From: a bacterium
GTDB taxonomy: Bacteria > UBA8248
Assembly: GCA_965203325.1 (NCBI GenBank)
Contig: OZ241875.1
Span: forward strand, 2,592,001 to 2,656,000
Reading direction: 5' to 3'
Length of the DNA stretch: 64,000 bases
In this document: positions 20,254 through 28,192 of the stretch, piece after piece
Layout: each line of letters opens with the position of its first letter
Position numbering within the stretch: position 1 is the stretch's first letter
Position numbers and translations under genes: made by a program
Notes under the pieces: model-generated
Databases searched by the model: none
The model's input: only the letters and a program-made list of their open reading frames with translations
What the model was told of the DNA's origin: nothing

Positions 20254-20363
20254 CGGGAAGGTCTGCGCTCCCCACCCCATTGCCGCGGTGCGGACGGCGG
20301 TGCTATTTTCAGCGGACCGGAATCACTCGTTTTCAGAAGCAGCTTTCCAGGAGGATCACCCGC

Positions 20364-20723
20364 ATGAAAGTCCTCATCAAGAGTCCCTGGGGGTCGGACG
20401 AGTCCACCAAGGCGTCGTTCGCCTTTTTGCACGCGAACGCGTTTGCCGAAGCCGGCCACGAGGTGCGGCTGTTCCTGCTCGGCGAGGCGGCGAACCTGAT
20501 GAAGGACGAGGTGATGAGCGCGATTACGCCCGTCGGCTGGCCGCCTCTCAGGGAGACGTTCGCGCAGACGATGGCGCACGCGATTCCCGTCAACATATGA
20601 ACGGCGTGCGCGCGGGCCCGTGCGGTCACCGAAGCCGATCTCGAAGGCAAGAGCGCGCGTTTCGTGACGCCTCCGGACCTTGTGGCCCTCGTCGAATGGG
20701 CCGACAAGGTCCTGAGCGAGTAG
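20364..20723 (+). CDS. DsrE/DsrF-like protein, probable selenoprotein (UxxC)
   Basis: MKVLIKSPWGSDESTKASFAF..GHEVRLFLLGEA..IPVNI-TGA(20598-20600)-TACARARAVTEADLEGK..LVEWADKVLSE*; the frame continues 40 codons with a DsrE-type C-terminus; RBS AGGAGG. Confidence 0.85.
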
Positions 20724-20767
20724 ATCGATTCCGTAATGCCTCCCAAGCCGGGAATGAGCTGCAAAGT

Positions 20768-20936
20768 CGTCATTCCGGCGCGAAACCATATTCGCCACTC
20801 GGAAAAAGTCGGGTCGCATATATGTCGGACATATATGTCCGACCTACACCAAAACCATGCGCGATGATTGTAGGGCCCGCATATATGCGGCCCATCTGTC
20901 TTGCCCGCCTCGGTCGGAATTAACACCGGAATGACG
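20768..20936. repeat. REP cluster: CGTCATTCCGG/CCGGAATGACG pair enclosing GTAG-type palindromes
   Basis: GTCGGACATATATGTCCGACCTAC (20824-20847) and GTAGGGCCCGCATATATGCGGCCC (20870-20893) inside an inverted CGTC pair. Confidence 0.75.
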
Positions 20937-21074
20937 AACAAAACCGCGCCACCCCTTGTAGTGGGTCGTTCTGGTGAACGGCCCAAGGCCGCGACCTGTC
21001 CCTGAAGGTTTCACCACGGCAAAAACTTGAACGGAGCCCGAAACGGGGGTAACCTGTCCGCGACTCGATAACGT

Positions 21075-22562
21075 ATGGAGGCGCGCATGGACACGGGGGC
21101 GGAGCCGCTCGCTCAGGCGGAGGGCGGGAGGCCTTTCGCGGGATACGATCTGGATTCGCGTTTTTATGACGAGATGTTCGACGCGGAGGGCGCTCCGCAC
21201 GATGCGTGCGGACGGCTGAAAGACGCGCTCTCGGAACTCACGCCCGAGGACCTGGAAAAACTCCAGGAGGGCGTCTACCGCCGTTTTCTCTACGAGGGCA
21301 TCACCTTCACGGTGCTCGACGCGGAGGAAGCCACCGAGCGAATCATCCCCATCGACTGCGTGCCCCGGCTGCTGACGGCGGCGGAGTGGGACCACATCGA
21401 ACGCGGCCTCAAGCAGCGCCTCGCCGCGCTCAACCTCTTCCTGAAAGACGTCTACGGCGAGGGCCGCTGCCTGCGCGAGGGGCTCGTGCCCGTCGACCTC
21501 GTACTCGGCTGTCCGCAATACCGCATGGAGATGCGCGGCCTCAAAGTCCCCCACGACGTCTACGTCGCCGTGTGCGGGACCGACATCGTCCGCACCCACG
21601 AGGGGTTCGCCGTCCTGGAGGACAACCTGCGCGTCCCCTCGGGCGTCTCCTACATGCTCGCCTGCCGGAACGCCATCAAGGACGTGCTGCCCGGGCTCTA
21701 CCGCGAGCACCGGGTGCGCGAGGTGGCCGACTACGCCGAGCATCTCCACTCGGCGCTCGTCTCCCTGGGCCACTCGCCGCGAGAGCCGAACGTGGCGGTG
21801 CTCACGCCCGGCATCTTCAACTCCGCCTACTACGAACACGCCTTCCTCGCCGGCGAGATGGGCGTCGACCTCGTGGAGGGGCAGGACCTGATCGTCCGCG
21901 ACGCCGCCCTCTACGCGCGAACGACGGCGGGGCTTCGGCGGATCGACGTGCTCTACCGCCGCGTGGACGATGATTTTCTCGATCCCCTCACGTTCCGGAG
22001 CGACTCGGCCCTGGGCGCGGCGGGGCTTTTCCACGCCTACCGCGCGGGGAACCTCGTGCTCGCCAACGCGCCCGGTACCGGCGTGGCCGACGACAAGAGC
22101 ATCTACGCCTACGTGCCGAAGATCATCCGCTATTTCCTGGGCGAGGAGCCGATACTCGCCAACGTCGAGACGCACCTGTGCCGCGAGCCCGAAGGGCTGG
22201 CCTACACGCTGGAGCACCTGGGCGAACTCGTGGTGAAGGAAGTGGGCGGCTCGGGCGGCTACGGGATGCTGGTCGGCCCCCACGCCACGTCGGCCGAGCG
22301 CGCGGAATTCGCCGGGCGGCTGCGCGCGGACCCGGCGAACTTCATCGCCCAGCCCACGCTCGCGCTCTCGCGCTCGCCGTGCTTCGTCGAGGGGGGCATC
22401 GAGCCGCGCCACGTGGACCTGCGCCCCTTCGTGCTCCAGGGGCGCGAGGAGCAGCACGTGGTTCCGGGCGGGCTGTGCCGCGTCGCGCTCCGGCGCGGCA
22501 GCCTCGTGGTGAACTCGAGCCAGGGCGGAGGCTGCAAGGACATCTGGGTGCTGGAGTCGTAG
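21075..22562 (+). CDS. Circularly permuted type 2 ATP-grasp protein
   Basis: VLEDNLRVPSGVSY, YRRVDDDFLDP, NAPGTGVADDK, GSGGYG, RHVDLRPF, VVNSSQGGGCKD. Confidence 0.95.
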   Translation: MEARMDTGAEPLAQAEGGRPFAGYDLDSRFYDEMFDAEGAPHDACGRLKDALSELTPEDLEKLQEGVYRRFLYEGITFTVLDAEEATERIIPIDCVPRLLTAAEWDHIERGLKQRLAALNLFLKDVYGEGRCLREGLVPVDLVLGCPQYRMEMRGLKVPHDVYVAVCGTDIVRTHEGFAVLEDNLRVPSGVSYMLACRNAIKDVLPGLYREHRVREVADYAEHLHSALVSLGHSPREPNVAVLTPGIFNSAYYEHAFLAGEMGVDLVEGQDLIVRDAALYARTTAGLRRIDVLYRRVDDDFLDPLTFRSDSALGAAGLFHAYRAGNLVLANAPGTGVADDKSIYAYVPKIIRYFLGEEPILANVETHLCREPEGLAYTLEHLGELVVKEVGGSGGYGMLVGPHATSAERAEFAGRLRADPANFIAQPTLALSRSPCFVEGGIEPRHVDLRPFVLQGREEQHVVPGGLCRVALRRGSLVVNSSQGGGCKDIWVLES

Positions 22563-22582
22563 CGTTCGATACCGATCGGAGC

Positions 22583-22781
22583 GTAGGGGAGGACCCGTGT
22601 GTTCTCCCGCTGAGTGTTGTTTTGATTGTCAACCCAGGTGTAGGGGCCGCATACATGCGGCCCATGTAGTGGGTTAAAAAAATCAGGGTCGCATATATGC
22701 GACCCCTACAGTCCAACGGCTCGGTTGACCCGGAATGACGGCCAAAACGGGAAACGGGAGGACACACGAGTTCTCCCCTAC
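22583..22781. repeat. Nested REP doublets (one REPIN inside another)
   Basis: Outer inverted pair 22583-22608 / 22756-22781 (GTAGGGGAGGAC...); inner inverted pair 22640-22663 / 22686-22709 (GTAGGGGCCGCAT...). Confidence 0.8.
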
Positions 22782-22813
22782 GGGCATCATCGGGTCGTAC
22801 AGGAGAGAGAATC

Positions 22814-23788
22814 ATGCTGGCTCGGGTCGCCGCCGATTTCTACTGGATGGGCCGCTACGTCGAGCGCGTCGAGCAGACGGCGCGTCTTCTCGAATACCAG
22901 CTCAACCGGCTCGTCGATCGCTCCGTCGATGAGCTGGCCGTCGGGTGGGCGGCGATATACCGGGCGCTGGGCCAGCCCCCGCCCGGAGCGGTTTCGGGCG
23001 CTGAAGAAGCGGAGGCGTATGTCATTCCCGACGCCTACACGCTCGCGGGCAACCTCGTGGAGGAGGGCGCGCACCCCGACTCCATCCTCTCGTGCTGGCG
23101 CCAGGCGCGCGAGAACGGCCAGCGCGTGCGGGCGCAGCTTCCGCTCGCGATATGGACGCGGCTCAACCAGGGCTACCTCTGGATGCGGGAGGTGAATTTC
23201 GCCAGGGAGTGGGAGCAGGCCCCGGCGCGGCTCGCGCTCGACATCATCGACCGCATGCGGCTTTTCGCGGGCGTCGTGCACTCGACGATGCCGCGCGACG
23301 ACGCCTGGCGCTTTCTCGAACTGGGCCGCTTCATCGAGCGGGCGCAGCACCAGGCCGCGCTCCTCGAGGCATGGGTCGAGTTCACGCGCGCAAGGGAGGG
23401 CGTCGCCGCGCTCTCGTGGGCGGATCTGCTTCACGTGTGCCGCGCGTACGAAACCTACTGCCGCCGCCATTCGATGAAGATTCAAAGAGAGAACGTGCTC
23501 GGTTTCCTCGCCCGCGACCCCGAGCTTCCCCGCTCGCTTCGCTTCTCCGTGCAGCGGATCGAGGAGGCGCTCGCCGGCATCGACCCGCTCGGCGCGCGCT
23601 ATCCGCTCGCGCCGCCGCACCGGATGGCGCTTCGCCTCACGGCGGCCATCGAGATGGATGCGGCGGGTTCGGCGGAGGTGGATCCGGGCGCGTTCTGCCG
23701 CGCGGTAGGGAGCGACACCCGCGCGCTCCACGACCTCGTGATGGCGTCCTACGTCAACCGCTCCCTGGCCGAGGAGGTTTCGGCGTGA
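22814..23788 (+). CDS. Alpha-E domain protein (DUF403-like)
   Basis: MLARVAADFYWMGRYVERVEQTAR, ARENG, LGRFIERA, PRSLRF. Confidence 0.92.
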   Translation: MLARVAADFYWMGRYVERVEQTARLLEYQLNRLVDRSVDELAVGWAAIYRALGQPPPGAVSGAEEAEAYVIPDAYTLAGNLVEEGAHPDSILSCWRQARENGQRVRAQLPLAIWTRLNQGYLWMREVNFAREWEQAPARLALDIIDRMRLFAGVVHSTMPRDDAWRFLELGRFIERAQHQAALLEAWVEFTRAREGVAALSWADLLHVCRAYETYCRRHSMKIQRENVLGFLARDPELPRSLRFSVQRIEEALAGIDPLGARYPLAPPHRMALRLTAAIEMDAAGSAEVDPGAFCRAVGSDTRALHDLVMASYVNRSLAEEVSA

Positions 23789-24648
23789 TAGTGAGCTACA
23801 CGGTCGAGCACGCCATGCGCTTCGATTACGCAGAGCCCGTGCAGGCTTCGGTGATGACGCTCTACCTGTGCCCGCTCCGCGACCGCGCCCAGACCCTGTG
23901 CGAGTTTTCGCTGCGCACCGACCCCGAGGGGCGGCTCTTCGAGTTCACCGACCCGTTCGGCAACACCGCGCACTTTCTGGACCGTCCCCGCTCGCACCCG
24001 CGCTTCGAAGTCAAGGCGCGCTCGCGCGTGGAAGTGGGTCCCCTGGTCTCCGCTCCCGAGCGGCTCGATCCCGGCGCGCCCGAAGCGCTTTCGAGCGCCG
24101 TCCGCACGCCCGAGCTCTGGCCGCTGGCGCACCCGAGCCGCTTCGTTCGCCCGAGTCCGGCGCTGGATGCGTTCGTGACGAAACACGGCATCGCTCCGGG
24201 GGACGACCCTCTCGTGAGCGTGCGCGCGCTTTGCGCGAAACTCCATGACGTCTTCGAGTACATTCCGGGCCATACCCGGGCGGATTCGCCCATCGAGGAC
24301 ATCCTGGAGACCGGGCGGGGGGTCTGCCAGGACTACGCGCACGTGATGGCCGCCATCGTGCGCGGCTGGGGGGTTCCGTGCCGCTACGTGTCGGGCTATC
24401 TGGGGCCCGAAACCGCGGGCGCGGCCACGGGCGAGAGCCACGCATGGGTGGAGTGCTGGTTTCCCGGCGTGGGGTGGACGGGCTTCGACCCGACGAACAA
24501 CACCGAGGGCGACGAGCGCCACGTCCGCGTGGCGGTGGGCCGCGACTACGCCGACGTGCCCCCGAGCCGGGGCGTTTTCCGGGGAAACGGCGGCTCGGAG
24601 CTCACCACCGAGGTGAAGATAGAGCGGCACCCGGGCGATCGGGGCTGA
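23785..24648 (+). CDS. Transglutaminase-like protein
   Basis: GVCQDYAH, RYVSGY, SHAWVE, FDPTN, GRDYADVPP; GTG start overlapping the alpha-E stop (GTGA). Confidence 0.93.
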   Translation: MIVSYTVEHAMRFDYAEPVQASVMTLYLCPLRDRAQTLCEFSLRTDPEGRLFEFTDPFGNTAHFLDRPRSHPRFEVKARSRVEVGPLVSAPERLDPGAPEALSSAVRTPELWPLAHPSRFVRPSPALDAFVTKHGIAPGDDPLVSVRALCAKLHDVFEYIPGHTRADSPIEDILETGRGVCQDYAHVMAAIVRGWGVPCRYVSGYLGPETAGAATGESHAWVECWFPGVGWTGFDPTNNTEGDERHVRVAVGRDYADVPPSRGVFRGNGGSELTTEVKIERHPGDRG

Positions 24649-24653
24649 CGCAC

Positions 24654-24841
24654 GGGGCGGTTGAAAAAGTCTCGCTTCTCAGGGGATAAAGGCACCCCCC
24701 CTACCCTCCTTGTCAGGGGTCAAAACCGACCGAAGAGGGAGGTTTTGCAAGACGATGTGTTTCTCGTCAATGGCTCATGCAAACGCTCGTTCATCACTCG
24801 CGTTTGACCCCTGTCAAGGGGGGGTAGGGGGGGTTGGTTTT
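24654..24841. mobile_element. MITE/REP-doublet element flanked by an 11-bp direct repeat
   Basis: GGGGCGGTTGAAAAAGTC left end; CCCCCCCTACCCTCCTTGTCAGGGGTCAAA / TTTGACCCCTGTCAAGGGGGGGTAGGGGGGG pair; CTGACGCACGG at 24645-24655 and 24842-24852. Confidence 0.7.
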
Positions 24842-24922
24842 CTGACGCACGGCGGCCGCCCCCCGAAGATTCGCTCATCGGGTTTCTGCGTCGAATTATC
24901 GAATCGTCGAATGGAGGAGAAA

Positions 24923-25801
24923 ATGCGATTTTCATTAAAAAAACTTTGTGCCGTCATGACCGCGCTGGCGGTATGCGCGATCTTGAGCATGGCGGGTACG
25001 AGCGCCGCCCAGGAGGCGAAGCCCACCGGCTGGTACGTGGGCGCGAGTGTTGGACTCAACAAGACTTCAGGAATCGAGCAGGCGGGCTGGAACCGCGACA
25101 ACGTCTGCTACCCCGGAGATGACTGCAGCCGCCTGGAAGGCGGCAGGCCCGGCGGCTACCGGTGGTATTACGATCTTGATGCGGACGAGGGCGCCGCGCT
25201 GGAGATTTCTGTCGGCCGCACCCTGGGCGCGTTCCGCCTGGAACTCGCGCTGGCCCAGCGGAAGAACGACCTCGATCAGAAATTCACCGGCATCACCTAT
25301 CTGGACGGCTCCTCCCGGACGCCCGCCGCAAGCAGCGACTACCAGAGCGACTCCGCCGCCGGGGTCGACGATCTGACGACGCGCACCCTCTCGCTGAACG
25401 CCTACTACGACTTCTCCCTCCCGGAGAGCCGCTTCACGCCTTATCTGGGCTTGGGCGCAGGCGTTTCTTTCGTCGAGGTCGGCGGGGTGTATTACGAGGG
25501 CCGATACTCGTGCAAGCCCTCCGCGCCCGACTGCGACAGGCCCGAACAGTACGACGGCCTCCAGGACGAGGACTTGACCGACACGGTCTTGTCCGCGCAC
25601 CTGCACGCCGGTCTCGACTACCGCGTGAGCGAGCGGGTGCTTCTCGGCGTGAAACTCACCTATTCCATGGTGAGTGACATGAAGGACGTCAAGGGCGAAT
25701 ATATCGAGCATGCCATTTCCGGCCTTCCCAACTTCACCACGATCAGCGGCATGAACCACTGGTCGGTGATGTTCGGCGTGAAATATTTTTTCGGGGAGTG
25801 A
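24923..25801 (+). CDS. Outer-membrane beta-barrel protein (Opa/Msp2-like surface antigen)
   Basis: Signal peptide; GWYVGASVG, FRLELAL, LNAYYDF, FTPYLGLGAG, C-terminal GVKYFF; Cys pairs in loops. Confidence 0.8.
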   Translation: MRFSLKKLCAVMTALAVCAILSMAGTSAAQEAKPTGWYVGASVGLNKTSGIEQAGWNRDNVCYPGDDCSRLEGGRPGGYRWYYDLDADEGAALEISVGRTLGAFRLELALAQRKNDLDQKFTGITYLDGSSRTPAASSDYQSDSAAGVDDLTTRTLSLNAYYDFSLPESRFTPYLGLGAGVSFVEVGGVYYEGRYSCKPSAPDCDRPEQYDGLQDEDLTDTVLSAHLHAGLDYRVSERVLLGVKLTYSMVSDMKDVKGEYIEHAISGLPNFTTISGMNHWSVMFGVKYFFGE

Positions 25802-25863
25802 TGGGGGGTCTCCCGGACCACGATAACGAGATAAGCGGCGCACACGAGTTGAGGATATGACTG

Positions 25864-26937
25864 ATGACCGGAATCTGGACGAATAGCGGCGAAAAATGGG
25901 AGTGGGGCAAACCTCGCGCATTCGAGGACGAGGCCACTTTGCATGAACTCATCAAAGAGAATCCGCAATTCCTGCCCTTAAGCGGTTCTCCTCGCCTCGT
26001 GGTTCTGGGTTCTGAAATCCAGTTGGGAAACGGATACGCGGACATCCTTGCGGTCGAATCCTCTGGTCGTCCCGCGATCATCGAAGTGAAGCTGGAGCGC
26101 AACCCCGAGGCGCGGAAAGCCATCGTGTCGCAGATTATCGCGTATGCGGCCTTTCTCCAGGGATTCAGTATTGAGGATCTTGAGCGGGGTCCTCTTCACA
26201 GGTTTCTTACAGATGCGGGCCATGTGTCCATATTCGACGCGGTGAAAGCCCAAGATCAGGAAGGGGCGGTGGATGCCGATTCGTTCACGGCCTCGTTGCA
26301 GGACTACCTTCAGCGAGGCAGCTTTAGATTGGTTCTTGTGTTGGACGACGTTCCAACCGAACTGGAAAGAGTCGTCGCTTATCTGGATGCAATCACCGTC
26401 CAGGCGTTGACGATCGATCTGATCACGCTCAAGGTCTATGAAGTAAATGGCGCGCAGGTCGCTCTGCCCCAGCGTGTCTCGCCCGATCTAAGTGCATCTG
26501 TCCCGTCTGAGGGCTCAAGACCTGCTGCGTCCCGAGGAAAGCTCACTGATGGTTCTGATGTATTTCGAGCATCAATCGAAGAGACTACCGGCGAGACCCG
26601 CAAGGCGTTCGATGAATTGATTGCATGGGCGGAAGGGTTGGACTCGTTACCGAACGTGCGTCTCTCCACTTATATGGGCGTCGAAGGCGAACGCTTCACC
26701 CTCCTGCCTCGCATCATGCCGGACAATGCCGGCTTCGTGACCATCTGGAATGACAAGCATCAGCCCTATATATCTGTGTGGCGGACGGTGTTCGAGCGAC
26801 GCGCTCCCAAGGCGCTCGAAACTGTGGAACAAGCCGTCCAGCCAGGCAGAATCGGGCAGGGAAATGTGCTTAAGGAAATCACGCCTGAAATCCTCGAAGC
26901 GTTGACGCAGGCGTATCAAGAGGCGAATGGGGACTAA
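25864..26937 (+). CDS. PD-(D/E)XK nuclease, NucS/DUF91-like
   Basis: E..LHELIKENP, EIQLGNGYADILAV...IIEVKL, ...QIIAYAA; lower GC than neighbours. Confidence 0.75.
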   Translation: MTGIWTNSGEKWEWGKPRAFEDEATLHELIKENPQFLPLSGSPRLVVLGSEIQLGNGYADILAVESSGRPAIIEVKLERNPEARKAIVSQIIAYAAFLQGFSIEDLERGPLHRFLTDAGHVSIFDAVKAQDQEGAVDADSFTASLQDYLQRGSFRLVLVLDDVPTELERVVAYLDAITVQALTIDLITLKVYEVNGAQVALPQRVSPDLSASVPSEGSRPAASRGKLTDGSDVFRASIEETTGETRKAFDELIAWAEGLDSLPNVRLSTYMGVEGERFTLLPRIMPDNAGFVTIWNDKHQPYISVWRTVFERRAPKALETVEQAVQPGRIGQGNVLKEITPEILEALTQAYQEANGD

Positions 26938-26955
26938 GCACACCCCCCACCCGCG

Positions 26956-26984
26956 TTGACATCCCTCAATCCAGCCTACAGAAT
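26956..26984 (+). promoter_or_regulatory. Putative sigma70 promoter of the mqnE operon
   Basis: TTGACA-17 bp-CAGAAT upstream of mqnE. Confidence 0.55.
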
Positions 26985-27044
26985 GCGCTCGTGCGTCACC
27001 GGGCAGTTCGATTCTCCGATGAGACGAAAAACGGAAGGTGAACC

Positions 27045-28184
27045 ATGAGCCGCGACTTCATGCGCTCGCGCGTCCAGGGCGGCCCTCTGGGCGATATCCT
27101 CGAAAAGGTCGAGGCGGGGCTGCGTCTCACTTTCGAGGAGGGTGTGCGCCTCTACGAGGCCGAGGACATCAACGCCGTGGGCTATCTGGCGAACATCGCC
27201 CGCGAGCGGCTGCACGGGAACCGCACCTACTACAACGTGAACAGCCACATCAACTACTCGAACATCTGCGTGCTGTGGAAGGCGTGCAAGTTCTGCGCGT
27301 TCGGCAAAAAAGAAGGCCAGCAGGACGCATATGCGTATTCGCTGGAGGAAATCTTCAAGATGGCGGAGACGCTGGGCCGGGGCCGCACCGAGTTCCACAT
27401 GGTGGGCGGCCTGCATCCCGATCTCCCCTTCGACTACTATCTCGAAATGATACAGGGCATCAAGGAGATCCACCCCCAGCTGCACCTCAAGGTCTTCACG
27501 GCGACTGAGATCCGCTTTCTCGCCGATCACATCGCGAAGATGAGCGTCGAGGAGACGCTGGATCATCTCGTGCGCTCGGGGCTCGGTTCGCTCACGGGCG
27601 GCGGGGCGGAGATATTCGCCGAACCCACGCGCTCTAAAATCTGCAAGGGCAAGCACTCGGGCGAGGACTGGCTCGAGATCCACCGCATCGCCCACAACAA
27701 GGGCATCCGCAGCACGTGCACCATGCTCTACGGCCACGTGGAATCGAACGAGGACCGCGTGGACCACATGCTCAGGCTCCGGGAGTTGCAGGACGAGACC
27801 GGCGGCTTCACCACCTTCATCCCGCTCGCGTTCCATCCCGAAAACACGCAGATGGACGACATCCCCCCCACGGGCGGGATGCTCGACGTCCGGAACTACG
27901 CGGTCGGCCGCCTTCTGCTCGACAACATTCCCCACATCAAGGCCTACTGGATTATGGTGGGCCAGCCCGTCGCGCAGATATCGCAGCGCTTCGGCGTGGA
28001 CGATCTGGACGGCACCGTCGTTCAGGAGAAGATCTACCACATGGCGGGCGCCAAGACGCCGCACGAACTCACCGTGAACGACATCCGCCGCCTCATCCGT
28101 GAGGCGGGGCGCGAGCCCGTCGAGCGCGACACGCTCTACCGGGAAGTCACGCGCCAGGGAGATCAATGGGCAGTCCACGCCTGA
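27045..28184 (+). CDS. mqnE: Aminofutalosine synthase (radical SAM)
   Basis: NYSNICVLWKACKFCAF, HMVGGLHP, GGGAEIF, TMLYGHVE, NIPHIKAYW, DLDGTVVQEKIYHMAGA; mqnA and mqnC nearby. Confidence 0.93.
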   Translation: MSRDFMRSRVQGGPLGDILEKVEAGLRLTFEEGVRLYEAEDINAVGYLANIARERLHGNRTYYNVNSHINYSNICVLWKACKFCAFGKKEGQQDAYAYSLEEIFKMAETLGRGRTEFHMVGGLHPDLPFDYYLEMIQGIKEIHPQLHLKVFTATEIRFLADHIAKMSVEETLDHLVRSGLGSLTGGGAEIFAEPTRSKICKGKHSGEDWLEIHRIAHNKGIRSTCTMLYGHVESNEDRVDHMLRLRELQDETGGFTTFIPLAFHPENTQMDDIPPTGGMLDVRNYAVGRLLLDNIPHIKAYWIMVGQPVAQISQRFGVDDLDGTVVQEKIYHMAGAKTPHELTVNDIRRLIREAGREPVERDTLYREVTRQGDQWAVHA

Positions 28185-28192
28185 GCACCGCC

